64,000 bases of DNA from Longimicrobiales bacterium (GTDB lineage: Bacteria > Gemmatimonadota > Gemmatimonadetes > Longimicrobiales > Gaopeijiaceae), in assembly GCA_965204735.1 (NCBI GenBank), contig OZ242008.1, positions 3,872,001 to 3,936,000 on the forward strand, given 5' to 3'. Positions 28,331-38,241 of this stretch are shown here, in pieces; within the stretch, counting starts at the first letter, position 1; the number at the start of each line of letters is the position of its first letter. The notes under the pieces are model-generated. The model ran no database searches and had not been told where the DNA came from. It saw only the letters and a list, made by a program, of their open reading frames with translations. Made by a program: the position numbers and the translations under genes.

Positions 28331-30004
28331 ATGGCTAGTTGGGACAGCTACTTGAAACGTGCCGAGAGCACGGAAACGGCCTGGGACTTAGACGCGGATG
28401 GGAGTCGGCTCAAGATCGCCCGGCCTGCTTGGGTCGAAGATCGACAAGAAGAGCTTAGGAGGGCCGCCGAAGCGATGGAGGCCCAGAACAACTGGCGCGT
28501 GCCTCTTGATGCCGCCTACCGGGGTCGGGGTGCCTACGACCCGTTCCCCGGACGGCGACGTTTTCAGCACTGGTACGATTCGGACCAGGCGGGCATGCGA
28601 GATACGCTAATGACCGCCTGGAAGCCGCTTGCCAGCGGTGCGGACAAGGATCAGGAAGTTCTTGGTCGTATTCGTCGCGTCGAGAAACAGATACCCCAGG
28701 GAACAAAGGGTCTGAAGGACGGAGCACAGCCCTACCGTGCGGTAATGCTCAATCTGATTTCCGTCTTGATGAGCCGCGTCGACGTTGAGAGGTACCCCGA
28801 ATACATGTGGATGTGGTTCAGCGACGCTTTCAAGCGTACAGGCTATGGTGGCCCAGGAAACAAGCTGGACGTCGCAGAGACATATGGCTTCTTCTTGAAA
28901 TTCCTTGATAAGTTCATCGAGGAAGCAAAGGAAAGACTGCCCGTCTCCAGTCGGCTGGATGCATGCCTTCTTATCGACAGCATTCGGAGAAGCGACACTC
29001 ACCGCACCCGGGCAAGCGATGATACCGAGAGGATTTCGGCAGACGACGAGCTGCTCGCCCTGGCAAGCCAACTCTCTTTGGATGTGCACGAACTTCAGGA
29101 GATCCAGTCTCTCCTCGAAGACAAGCGTCAGGTCATCTTCCAGGGGCCGCCCGGCACCGGAAAGACCTACGTTGCCCGAGAGCTGGCCAAGTGCCTCGCC
29201 CGTTTCACGGACGACGAGGACGAGTCCGCAACCGAAGCCCGAGTCCGGCTCGTCCAGTTCCATCCGGCGTATGCATACGAGGACTTCATCCAGGGGTTTC
29301 GGCCCAAGCTGATCAATGATCAGCCAGGCTTCGAGTTGCGGGACGGTCCCCTTGTCCAGATGGCGGAACGGGCCCGGGAGGAACCCGAAGCGAGGCACTT
29401 CCTTGTGATCGACGAGATCAATCGGGGGAACCTTGCCAAGGTGTTCGGCGAGCTGTACTTCCTGCTAGAGTATCGAGACGAGGAGCTGCGGCTCCAGTAC
29501 TCCGACTTGCCGTTCAGCTTGCCGAAAAACCTCTACATCATCGGCACCATGAACACGGCGGATCGCTCCATCGCGCTTGTGGACCTGGCGCTGCGACGAC
29601 GCTTCCACTTCGTCGAGTTCCACCCGGACGTCCCGCCGATCCGGGGCCTGCTCAAGCGATGGCTGAAAAAGAACGCGCCAGATGTGTTATGGATCGCCGA
29701 GGTAGTCGATCGCGCCAACGAGAAGCTGGACGACCACCAGGCGTCGATCGGGCCGACCTACTTCATGCCAAAAGACGGACGACTGGACGAATCCAGGATA
29801 AGCATGATCTGGAAGCACAACGTTCTGCCCTACATTGAAGAACGCCTCTTCGGAGACCGCGAGAAGCTCGAGGACTTCAAGTTGAGCACGCCGAGCAATG
29901 AAGTCCAAGACGCCGAAGACGGACAGAAGGAAGCCGAGACCGATGCCGGCACGTCCGACGACACGGCGGCCGGGACGGAAGGCGAGCCGGGCTCCGACGA
30001 CTGA
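28331..30004 (+). CDS. mcrB: McrB-family AAA+ GTPase
   Basis: GPPGTGKT, VQFHPAYAYEDFIQG, IDEINRGN, MNTADRS, ALRRRF. Confidence 0.9.
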   Translation: MASWDSYLKRAESTETAWDLDADGSRLKIARPAWVEDRQEELRRAAEAMEAQNNWRVPLDAAYRGRGAYDPFPGRRRFQHWYDSDQAGMRDTLMTAWKPLASGADKDQEVLGRIRRVEKQIPQGTKGLKDGAQPYRAVMLNLISVLMSRVDVERYPEYMWMWFSDAFKRTGYGGPGNKLDVAETYGFFLKFLDKFIEEAKERLPVSSRLDACLLIDSIRRSDTHRTRASDDTERISADDELLALASQLSLDVHELQEIQSLLEDKRQVIFQGPPGTGKTYVARELAKCLARFTDDEDESATEARVRLVQFHPAYAYEDFIQGFRPKLINDQPGFELRDGPLVQMAERAREEPEARHFLVIDEINRGNLAKVFGELYFLLEYRDEELRLQYSDLPFSLPKNLYIIGTMNTADRSIALVDLALRRRFHFVEFHPDVPPIRGLLKRWLKKNAPDVLWIAEVVDRANEKLDDHQASIGPTYFMPKDGRLDESRISMIWKHNVLPYIEERLFGDREKLEDFKLSTPSNEVQDAEDGQKEAETDAGTSDDTAAGTEGEPGSDD

Positions 30005-30018
30005 TCGCCTCCAAACCA

Positions 30019-31308
30019 ATGCAAGACAGCAACAGGGCCGCAGTGCGGCAGATCGACCTCTACGAGCACCGGAGAAGCGATCCGCTGCCTCTCTCGGCCA
30101 AGGAGATCAAGGATCTGCGCAGCGTGCTGGACTCGGCGCGACTCGGCATCGAGCCCGCCGAGGGAACGGCTGGGCACTGCTATCACCTGAAGCCTTCGTC
30201 CACCATCGGCGCGTTTCAAGTCGGCGACCTCTCGGTGTCGATCCGGCCCAAGCTGGCGATCTCCCAAGTGCTCTTCCTCGCGTCCTATGCAATGGACGAA
30301 TTCAAGGCGCCCCCTGGGTGGCCTCCGCAGGTGCCCACGTCCGACCTTGTTCAGGCGATGGCCTACTTGTTGGCTCTTGCGGCGCAGCGAGCCTTCGCTC
30401 GCGGACTGCATCGCGACTACCGAGAGCACGAGGAGGCGTTGACGACTGTCAAGGGCCGGATTCGCGTTGCCGAGCAGATTCGACGCCGCTTTGGCGTCCC
30501 GATCCCCGTCGAAGTGCGCTACGACGACTTCACCGAAGACGTCACCGCAAACCGTCTGGTGAAGGCCGCAGCCGAGGCGCTGATCCAGATGCGTCTTCGG
30601 GACCGGAACGACCGCACGAGGCTGACCCAAGTGTTGGCCAGGCTGGAGAACGTGTCGTGGGTGGAGTACGAACGCGAGCGCGTGCCCGATGTCCGCTTCA
30701 ACCGCCTCAACGAGCACTACCGAGAGGTTGTGGCGCTCTCCCGCATCGTGCTCCAGCACCGGTCCATCGAGGCACAGCGCGGCGACATCCTGGCGCCCGG
30801 CTTCCTGATGGACATGAACAGGGTCTTCGAGAGCTTCGTCGTGCGGGCGCTGCGGAAGGAGCTGAAGCTCACCGAGCGCACGTTTCGGTCGGGTCAGAGG
30901 CTGGGACAGCACATCTTCTTGGCCAAGGACGAAGGCATCCAGCTCAAGCCCGACCTCACGTGGTGGGAGAGGGGCGAATGCACCTTCGTCGGCGACGCCA
31001 AGTACAAGCGCATCGACCACGACACGCCCAACGCCGACCTCTACCAAATGCTGGCGTACGCCACTGCCCTGGACTTGCCCGGCGGCCTGCTGATCTACGC
31101 CCAGGGCACGGAGGCAAAGACGTACGCGGAGGCAAAGACGTACGAGGTGCGCCACTGCGGGAAGCTGCTGGAAGTGTTCGCCCTCGACCTTTCCGGGACT
31201 CGCCAGGAGCTGTTGGACCGAGTGCGGGCGCTGGCCGAGCGCGTTCGCAGGCTGCGCAGCATGGCCCGCGACCAAGTCGTCGCCGACAAGCCGACGCGCG
31301 CGGCCTGA
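30019..31308 (+). CDS. mcrC: McrC-family PD-(D/E)xK nuclease
   Basis: DMNRVFESFV, KPDL...GDAKYK, DLYQMLAY; directly follows mcrB. Confidence 0.9.
   Translation: MQDSNRAAVRQIDLYEHRRSDPLPLSAKEIKDLRSVLDSARLGIEPAEGTAGHCYHLKPSSTIGAFQVGDLSVSIRPKLAISQVLFLASYAMDEFKAPPGWPPQVPTSDLVQAMAYLLALAAQRAFARGLHRDYREHEEALTTVKGRIRVAEQIRRRFGVPIPVEVRYDDFTEDVTANRLVKAAAEALIQMRLRDRNDRTRLTQVLARLENVSWVEYERERVPDVRFNRLNEHYREVVALSRIVLQHRSIEAQRGDILAPGFLMDMNRVFESFVVRALRKELKLTERTFRSGQRLGQHIFLAKDEGIQLKPDLTWWERGECTFVGDAKYKRIDHDTPNADLYQMLAYATALDLPGGLLIYAQGTEAKTYAEAKTYEVRHCGKLLEVFALDLSGTRQELLDRVRALAERVRRLRSMARDQVVADKPTRAA
31109..31144 (+). repeat. Perfect 18-bp tandem duplication in mcrC (EAKTY x2)
   Basis: CGGAGGCAAAGACGTACG repeated twice. 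Confidence 0.9.
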
Positions 31309-31360
31309 CCGGCGGGCGAGGGACGACGACGCGCCGACCCCGCCCATCCCGCGTCCGACC

Positions 31361-32479
31361 CTACGCCAGCACGGCGTCGAACCCCGCGCCCAGCCGGTCC
31401 AGCGCTTGGCGCAACTCGTCTTCGGGCGGGCCGAACCCGATCCGAATCGCGGACTCGACGCCGACCTGGGTGCCGGGCACCACCAGCAGGCTCTGCTCGA
31501 CGCGCAGCCGCTCCGCCAACTCCTCCGAGCCGATGGGGGCGTCGTAGCGCGCGACGCAGATCGCGCCGGCGTCGGGGGGCGTGCACCGGAAGAAGCCGTT
31601 GCGGGAGTCCATCCACTCCGACAGCACCGCGAAGTTGCGCCGCACGATCGCGCGGGTGCGCTCCAGCAGCTTGGGCCGCACCTCCGGGGAAAGCGCCACC
31701 AGGGCAAGCGCGTCGGAGAGCACCGCGGGAGCGATCGTGGTGTAGTCGGTCCGGGCCCAAAGGCGCTCCGCCATCCCGTCCGCCGCAACGCACCATCCCA
31801 ACCGCGCGCCGGGCATTCCGTACGCCTTCGAGAGGGAGTTGGTCACCACCACCTTCTCGTACCGCCCCCAAAAGCTGGCGACCGGCTCGTTCCGCGCCTC
31901 GGCGCCCCGGTACACCTCGTCCGAGAGGATCCACGCGCCGTGCCGGTCCGCCAGGGAGACGATCCCGTCGATCTCGCCGGAAGTCAGCGCCACGCCCGTC
32001 GGGTTGTTGGGGTGGGTGACGAGCACGAACCCGGCCCCGGCCTTCAGCGCCGACTCCAGCTGGTCGAGGTCGGGCCGCCAGCCCGCGTCCTCGCGCAGAC
32101 GGAACGGCAGGACGCCGCCCTTGAAGTTGTCGGCCAGCCCCGGCACCTGCATGTAGTTGGGCAGCATGGCGGCGACCGGCTTCTCCCGCTTCGCCAACTC
32201 CCAGAACGCCACGAAGTTGGCCTCGGCGCCCCCCGTGGTGACCACCACCGAGCGGTCCGTCGCACCGGGGTAGAGGGCGGCGATCGCCGCCCTGAGCTCG
32301 TCGGAGCCGTTGGACTGGATGTAGGCCAGCCGAACCGCCGACAGGTCCACGGAAGCCTCGGAGAACGCGAGCAGCTCGCCCACCGTCAGCGGATGAACGC
32401 CGCTCTCCGACAGGTTGTGCTCGACCCGGTGCTCGTAGGTGGACTGCCACCGCTCCATCTTGAACGGGGTGAACCGCAC
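31361..32479 (-). CDS. Class I/II PLP aminotransferase
   Basis: HPNNPTG, SDEVYRG, SLSKAYGMPGARLGW. Confidence 0.9.
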   Translation of the reverse strand: MRFTPFKMERWQSTYEHRVEHNLSESGVHPLTVGELLAFSEASVDLSAVRLAYIQSNGSDELRAAIAALYPGATDRSVVVTTGGAEANFVAFWELAKREKPVAAMLPNYMQVPGLADNFKGGVLPFRLREDAGWRPDLDQLESALKAGAGFVLVTHPNNPTGVALTSGEIDGIVSLADRHGAWILSDEVYRGAEARNEPVASFWGRYEKVVVTNSLSKAYGMPGARLGWCVAADGMAERLWARTDYTTIAPAVLSDALALVALSPEVRPKLLERTRAIVRRNFAVLSEWMDSRNGFFRCTPPDAGAICVARYDAPIGSEELAERLRVEQSLLVVPGTQVGVESAIRIGFGPPEDELRQALDRLGAGFDAVLA

Positions 32480-32606
32480 GGCGGTCTCCTTGGGTTGAAT
32501 GGGGGGCGCGCGCCCGCGGCCTTGTGTCCGATCTCGCGCTTCTAGAGTGTTCTCGGCGGCGCGTCGGAGCAACAGCAGACACGGGAGAGCGCGACCCTTG
32601 AGCGAC

Positions 32607-33443
32607 ATGGAAGCCGTCTCGGAGCAGATCCGCGAGCTGCACGCCGCGGCCGACCTGGTCCGGATGAGGAAGCGGCTGGACGAGATCGCCGGCGAACGCC
32701 ACAACGACTTGGCGGGCCTCTGCGTCCTGGCGCTTCTCTGTCGCGAGGTGGGAGAAGGCGAGCGCGCCTTCGCCGTCGCCAAGTCGGTGCTGGACCGGGA
32801 GCCGGAGGACCCTCGCGTCCTGGCGGCGGCCGGATCGGCGATCGCCGACACCGGGGACCCGGCGGGCGAGGCGGCGTTGCGCACCGCCGCCCTCATGGCG
32901 CCCGAGGAGCCTTACGTGCGCATGGCCTACGGCGTCCACCTGACCCGAGAGGGGATGGTGGAGGACGGGATCGGGCAGCTGTTGGCGGCGGCGGCCCTGG
33001 ACGAGGGCGACCCGGTGGTCGCGCTGGAGCTGGGGATCGCCTACGCCACCGGTGGCCGCTTCGGGCGCGCCCGCTCGGCCATTGCCCGGTCCGTCGAGAC
33101 CGATCCCGAGAACTCGTGGAGCCGAACGCTGCTGGGTCTCGTCGAGCTGGAGGACGACGACCCGGAGGCCGCGGCAACCGACTTGGCCGCCGCCGCCGAG
33201 GCCGACCCCCGCAACTTCGAAGTCCAGCTGCTGGCTGCGCTGGCGGCCGCCGCCGCTGGATGGGAGGACAGGGCGCACCAGCTGCTGGAAGGCGCGCGCT
33301 ACTTCGCGGAGGGCAGCGACGAGGAAGGACTGGAGGACGCGGAGGCCGCAATCGACGACGGTCCCGGCTCGGCGGCCGAGCTCTTGGCCGAATCGGTGGC
33401 GCCGACCTCGCTTCGATCCCGCCTCCAGGCCCGCCCGTGGTGA
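32607..33443 (+). CDS. Tetratricopeptide-repeat protein
   Basis: Repeated helical A...A...DP units. Confidence 0.7.
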   Translation: MEAVSEQIRELHAAADLVRMRKRLDEIAGERHNDLAGLCVLALLCREVGEGERAFAVAKSVLDREPEDPRVLAAAGSAIADTGDPAGEAALRTAALMAPEEPYVRMAYGVHLTREGMVEDGIGQLLAAAALDEGDPVVALELGIAYATGGRFGRARSAIARSVETDPENSWSRTLLGLVELEDDDPEAAATDLAAAAEADPRNFEVQLLAALAAAAAGWEDRAHQLLEGARYFAEGSDEEGLEDAEAAIDDGPGSAAELLAESVAPTSLRSRLQARPW

Positions 33444-34789
33444 CCCCTGCCGCGCCTCGGCCGCCGAGGGTCCCCACCGAGGAGCACGTCCTGGACAACG
33501 GCCTCAAGGTCGTGCTGGCGCCCGCCCCGGCGACCCCCGTCGTCGGCGTCAACCTCTGGTACGCCGTCGGCTCCCGGAACGAGCCCCCGGGGCGCACCGG
33601 CTTCGCGCACCTCTTCGAGCACATGATGTTCCAGGGCTCGGCCCACGTCCCCAAGAACGGCCACTTCCGCCACGTCGAGGAAGTCGGCGGGAGCGCCAAC
33701 GCGACCACGTGGTTCGACCGCACCAACTACTTCGCGACCGTTCCCTCGCACCACCTGGACCTGGCCCTCTGGCTGGAGTCGGACCGGATGGGCTGGATGC
33801 TGCCCGCCATGACGAAGGAGAAGCTGGAGAACCAGCGCCAAGTCGTCATGAACGAGCGACGGGAACGCTACGACAACCAGCCCTACGGAGATTGGGACGA
33901 GCGCCTCCACGCGCTGCTCTTCCCGCCGGACCACCCGTACCACCACACGGTGATCGGCGCGATGGCGGACATCGCATCGGCCACGCTGGACGACGTCCAC
34001 GACTTCTTTGCGACTTGGTACCGGCCCAACAACGCGGTCCTGACGATCTGCGGCGACTTCGACCCGGAGCACGCCCTGGCCAGGGTACGGCATTGGTTCG
34101 GCGAGATCCCGGCCGGGCCCGAGCCGCCTCCGGTTCCCGGCAACCCGGAGATCCCGTGGCGCGTCGGCGACACCCTGCGAGAGACCGTCGAGGCCGCCGT
34201 GCCCCTGCCGCGCATCTACGCCGCCTGCCGCATTCCGCCGTTCACCATCGACGCGTTCTGGGCCGGCGAGGCGGTGTCGTGCTGCTTGGGGATGGGACGC
34301 TCCTCGCGGCTCTACGACCGCTTGGTCCGTACCCGCGTCGCCAAGTCCGCCCACTGCCAAGTCCTGCCGCTGACGACCGGCGCATCGCTCTTCCTGCTGG
34401 TCGCGACGGGCTACCCGGGCACGGAGGCGGGGGAGCTGGAGGCCGCCCTGGGCCGGGAGCTGGACGATGCGGCAACGATCGGCGCGGAGGAGATCGCCCG
34501 GTCAGCCGCCGGCTACGAGACGCGAACGCTGGGGGCGCTGCAGAGGGTCGAGACCCGGGCCGACTTCCTGTCCATGTACGCCACCTGCTTCGGAACTGCC
34601 GCTCGCTTGAACGACGACCTGGGCCGGCTTCGCCGAGTGTCCGTCGAGGACGCCCAAGCCTGGAGCCGCGCCTACCTCCACCAGGAAAACCGCGTGTTCG
34701 TCCGCTACGTCCCGGAGGCGCAGAAGGCTCGATCGGGAGCGGCGCGGGGAATCGGCGCAACGCCCCGCCTCCGGGAGGCGCAGAAGTGA
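33440..34789 (+). CDS. M16 family Zn peptidase (catalytic subunit)
   Basis: GFAHLFEHMMFQGS (HxxEH), NATTWFDRTNY. Confidence 0.92.
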   Translation: MTPAAPRPPRVPTEEHVLDNGLKVVLAPAPATPVVGVNLWYAVGSRNEPPGRTGFAHLFEHMMFQGSAHVPKNGHFRHVEEVGGSANATTWFDRTNYFATVPSHHLDLALWLESDRMGWMLPAMTKEKLENQRQVVMNERRERYDNQPYGDWDERLHALLFPPDHPYHHTVIGAMADIASATLDDVHDFFATWYRPNNAVLTICGDFDPEHALARVRHWFGEIPAGPEPPPVPGNPEIPWRVGDTLRETVEAAVPLPRIYAACRIPPFTIDAFWAGEAVSCCLGMGRSSRLYDRLVRTRVAKSAHCQVLPLTTGASLFLLVATGYPGTEAGELEAALGRELDDAATIGAEEIARSAAGYETRTLGALQRVETRADFLSMYATCFGTAARLNDDLGRLRRVSVEDAQAWSRAYLHQENRVFVRYVPEAQKARSGAARGIGATPRLREAQK

Positions 34790-36144
34790 ACCGCTCGACC
34801 CCGCCGGTTCCCGGCCCCGTCCGTCCCTACGACTTCCCCGACGTGGTCCGAACGCGCCTGGCCAACGGGATGGGGCTGCGCACCGTCGCCCACGGGTCCT
34901 TTCCGCTGGCGACGGCCTTGGTGGTGGTGAAGGCGGGCGAGACCGCGTCCCCGGAAGGGCAAGGAGGTCTGGCGGCCCTGTCGAGCGCGGCCCTGGAGGG
35001 CGGGACCTCTTGCCGTTCCAGCGAGGAGCTGGCCCGCGCTCTGGAGGAGATCGGCGCCACCTTCGGCGCCGCCGCCGGCTGGGACTCCACCACTGTCGCG
35101 GTGTCCGCCTTGGCCGAACACCTGCCCGCCGCCATGGGGCTGCTGGCGGAGATCGTGCGCACGCCCGCCTTCGCTGCCGCCGAGTTCGACCGCTGCAAGG
35201 CCCAGCGGCTCGCCGCCGCCCGCCAGCGCCTCATGGACCCCGCCGACCTCGCCAAGGACGCCCACGCCCGCTTCATGTACCGGGACGACGACACTTACGG
35301 GCGCCCGCTGCAAGGCACCGAAAGCTCGCTCGAGGGCCTCTCGGACGGCGACGCTCGCGACTTTGCGGCAAGCCGCTACGGACCCGCCGCCGCCGAGGTC
35401 GTGGTGGTGGGCGACGTGGAGCCGTCGGAGGCGACGGCCGCGGCGGAGAAGGCGTTCGGCGACTGGAGCGCCGGCGCGACGCCGGGCGGGAAGCCCCAGG
35501 CCGGCCCCCGACGGCGCGAGCGCGTCGTGCACCTCGTCGACCGACCCGGCTCGGTCCAGTCCGAGATCCGCACCGGCCATCCGGGCATCGCCAGGGCCGC
35601 GCCGGACTACGTGGCCGTGCAGGTCGTGAACCTGACGCTGGGCGGATCGTTCTCGTCGCGGCTGAACCTGAACCTGCGCGAGCGCCACGGGTTCACCTAC
35701 GGCGTCCGCTCCGGCTTCGCCGCCCGCCGGGGACCGGGTCCCTTCTTCGTCTCGACCGCCGTCGACGCCAAGTCGACCGGGGCCGCGATCCGGGAGATCG
35801 CGGGGGAGGTCGAGTCGATGGCGGCCGACGGTCCCACCGAGGACGAGGTCCGCTCCGCCGCAAGCTACTTGGCCGGCGTCTTCCCCCTCCGCATGGAAAC
35901 GACGGGGCAGGTGGCGGCTCGGGTCGGCGGGCTGATCGTCCACGACCTGCCGGACGACTACTACCGCAGCTATCGGGACCGGGTCCGCGAGGTCGGGCGG
36001 AAAGAGGCGGCTCAAGCGGCGCGACGCCGCATCCGCCCGGACGAGCTGTGCACCGTGGTCGTCGGGGACGCCGACTCCGTGGCCGCGCAGCTGGAGGGGC
36101 TGGGCGCCGGCGAGGTGGTCGTGCACGAGGACCGACGCCCGTGA
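34786..36144 (+). CDS. M16 family peptidase (non-catalytic subunit)
   Basis: SRLNLNLRERHGFTYG; lacks HxxEH. Confidence 0.9.
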   Translation: MNRSTPPVPGPVRPYDFPDVVRTRLANGMGLRTVAHGSFPLATALVVVKAGETASPEGQGGLAALSSAALEGGTSCRSSEELARALEEIGATFGAAAGWDSTTVAVSALAEHLPAAMGLLAEIVRTPAFAAAEFDRCKAQRLAAARQRLMDPADLAKDAHARFMYRDDDTYGRPLQGTESSLEGLSDGDARDFAASRYGPAAAEVVVVGDVEPSEATAAAEKAFGDWSAGATPGGKPQAGPRRRERVVHLVDRPGSVQSEIRTGHPGIARAAPDYVAVQVVNLTLGGSFSSRLNLNLRERHGFTYGVRSGFAARRGPGPFFVSTAVDAKSTGAAIREIAGEVESMAADGPTEDEVRSAASYLAGVFPLRMETTGQVAARVGGLIVHDLPDDYYRSYRDRVREVGRKEAAQAARRRIRPDELCTVVVGDADSVAAQLEGLGAGEVVVHEDRRP

Positions 36145-36791
36145 GCGAGGACAGGCGCGCCCTGGTGAAGTCGTCGCTGGTGCACGACGGCAGGGTCGTC
36201 CACCTGAGCGTGGACACGGTGCGCTTCCCCGACGGCTCGGTGGGAGAGCTGGAGCTGGTCCGCCACCGCGGAGCGTCCGCCGTGCTGCCGGTCTTCGGCA
36301 ACGAGGACGACCCGGATCCGGACGTGCTCCTGATCCGCCAGTACCGCTACGCCGCCGGCGGCGTGATCTACGAGGCGCCTGCCGGAATCGCCGAGCCCGG
36401 CGAGGACTGGGAAGCGTGCGCCCGACGGGAGCTCCAGGAGGAGGCCGGCGTCCGGGCCGCCCGGCTGGTTCACCTGACCACGATCCACACCACGCCCGGC
36501 TTCACCAACGAGCGCATCCGTCTCTACGCGGCGTTCGACCTGACGCCGGCGCCGACGGCCAGGGACGCCGACGAGCACATCGACACCGTCAGGATGCCCC
36601 TTTCGAGAGCCCTCGAGCTGGCCCGGACCGGCGAGATGACGGACGCCAAGTCCCTCGTGGCGCTTCTCCACGCGGCCCGCTTCCTGCTTGGCCGTCCCGC
36701 TCGGGGCGCCGCCGTGGGCAGGTGTCACGTTTTCGACATACCCAGTGTCGCAAAGAGCGGACAGGGTGGACCCGGGGGCGCGGCCGGCTAG
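36141..36791 (+). CDS. NUDIX hydrolase (ADP-ribose pyrophosphatase-like)
   Basis: RQYRY, PAG...ARRELQEEAG Nudix box, TPGFTNE. Confidence 0.88.
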   Translation: MSEDRRALVKSSLVHDGRVVHLSVDTVRFPDGSVGELELVRHRGASAVLPVFGNEDDPDPDVLLIRQYRYAAGGVIYEAPAGIAEPGEDWEACARRELQEEAGVRAARLVHLTTIHTTPGFTNERIRLYAAFDLTPAPTARDADEHIDTVRMPLSRALELARTGEMTDAKSLVALLHAARFLLGRPARGAAVGRCHVFDIPSVAKSGQGGPGGAAG

Positions 36792-36929
36792 GGAAGTTCC
36801 GCTCCCGCACCGGGGCTCCGCCGCGCCTCGGACGAAGGCTGGCAAAGGCGTGCAGGCAGGCCGGCGGGGACCCGGATCAGTCGCGCTTCGCGCCCGTCGA
36901 GCGGGCCTTCTGGTCACCTTTGCAAAGAA

Positions 36930-36945
36930 TGGCACGACTATTGCA
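36930..36945 (+). promoter_or_regulatory. Sigma-54 (-24/-12) promoter
   Basis: TGGCACGACTATTGCA matches the TGGCACG-N4-TTGCW consensus; 64 bp upstream of the ECF sigma ATG. Confidence 0.8.
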
Positions 36946-37009
36946 ACAGGTATGCGCCACGGATTCCGCCAACCGACGGAGTTCAGATGACCCGAGCAGG
37001 AGAAGCACT

Positions 37010-37666
37010 ATGGCAGGCGCGACGACCCTGAGGCAGGGAGACGCGAGGGCCGGCGGGTTGGAACGGGCCGCAAAGGCGCGGCAGAGGATCGGGGAGCTTG
37101 GGGACAGCCAGGTCGTCCAGCGGTTTCTCGACGGAGACGATCGGGCGTTCACCGAGCTGGTCCGGCGGTACGAGACGAAGCTGCTGAACTTCGTCGCCCG
37201 GACCGTCGGCGACCGGGCGCGGGCGGAGGACCTGGTGCAGGAAGCGTTCGTCCGGGTCTTCCAGCACGTTCACCGGTTCAACCAGTCCAAGAAGTTCTCG
37301 ACCTGGGTGTACACCATCGCCGGGAACCTGGCCAAGAACGAGCTGCGGCGCCGCTCCCGCAGCAAGCTCGTCTTCCACGAGACGCTCACGAAGAACTCGG
37401 ACGAGGACGCGCGGCCGCTGGAGTGGGAGGACCCGAAGACCCGGCCCGACGACCTCTACCGGAAGCGCTTCCTTCGGGAGAAGGTGGAGGAAGCCGTCGA
37501 GCTGCTCTCGGACCACCACCGCATCGTCTTCGTCCTCCGGGAGATGGAGGGCAAGACCTACGAAGAGATCGCGGAGATCGCGGGGTGCAGCATCGGCACG
37601 GTGAAGAGCAGGCTGAACCGGGCCCGCAACCACTTCGCCCGGATCGTCGCGCCGATGATCGAATAG
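37010..37666 (+). CDS. ECF RNA polymerase sigma factor
   Basis: AEDLVQEAF, FSTWVYTIA.N, YEEIAEIAGCSIGTVKSRLNRAR. Confidence 0.92.
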   Translation: MAGATTLRQGDARAGGLERAAKARQRIGELGDSQVVQRFLDGDDRAFTELVRRYETKLLNFVARTVGDRARAEDLVQEAFVRVFQHVHRFNQSKKFSTWVYTIAGNLAKNELRRRSRSKLVFHETLTKNSDEDARPLEWEDPKTRPDDLYRKRFLREKVEEAVELLSDHHRIVFVLREMEGKTYEEIAEIAGCSIGTVKSRLNRARNHFARIVAPMIE

Positions 37667-37833
37667 GCGCGAAGGCCCTTCCAAGCAGGTCGCGAGGGCA
37701 ACGCCCAGGCGCTTCGTGCCCGGGGGGCACAGGCGTCGAGCGCTTGAGCGTGGCCCAGCATTCTCCAAGCGCTTCGGAGCCGGGACGGGGCCCCTGGTCC
37801 GGGACCCTTCCGACGGCTACTGTACATCGTGGT

Positions 37834-37858
37834 GGAACCTTTTCGCCGCAGCGGGGTT
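37834..37858 (+). promoter_or_regulatory. Candidate ECF-type promoter
   Basis: GGAACC-N16-GTT upstream of the anti-sigma gene. Confidence 0.45.
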
Positions 37859-37903
37859 GAACCGGCAACAGTGGTTCCCGCGCACTCAACCAGGCCGCCG
37901 ACC

Positions 37904-38218
37904 GTGGACGAACGAGCACAGCCCCAGATCAGCTGTCGATCCTTCCTTCGGGAGTACTCGGAGTACCGGGACGACCGAATGCCCCCGACTGCCCGCGCAG
38001 CCGCGACGGCGCACTTGGCGTCGTGTCCGTCGTGCAGGCGGTACGACCGGGTGATCCGCAAGGGGGTCGAGGCCCTGCGCGGCGCACCGGAACTCAAGCC
38101 GCGGCGGCCGCTGAGCGTCGCGGACGTGCGGCGCAGGGCGCGCGCCGATGTGGTGGAGCACGGCCGGAACGGGACTCGGACGGCGGTCCGCAACACGGCG
38201 GCGGCGCCGGACCTCTAG
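37904..38218 (+). CDS. zf-HC2 (ZAS) anti-sigma factor-like protein
   Basis: C...HLASCPSC (Hx3Cx2C); downstream of the ECF sigma gene. Confidence 0.75.
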   Translation: MDERAQPQISCRSFLREYSEYRDDRMPPTARAAATAHLASCPSCRRYDRVIRKGVEALRGAPELKPRRPLSVADVRRRARADVVEHGRNGTRTAVRNTAAAPDL

Positions 38219-38241
38219 GACCGCCCCAAGGCACGCCCGAC

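Noticed and set aside
33052..36144. Single 1030-aa M16 fusion
   Set aside because: The two M16 subunits are in different frames joined by a GTGA overlap at 34786-34789; the ordinary heterodimer arrangement.
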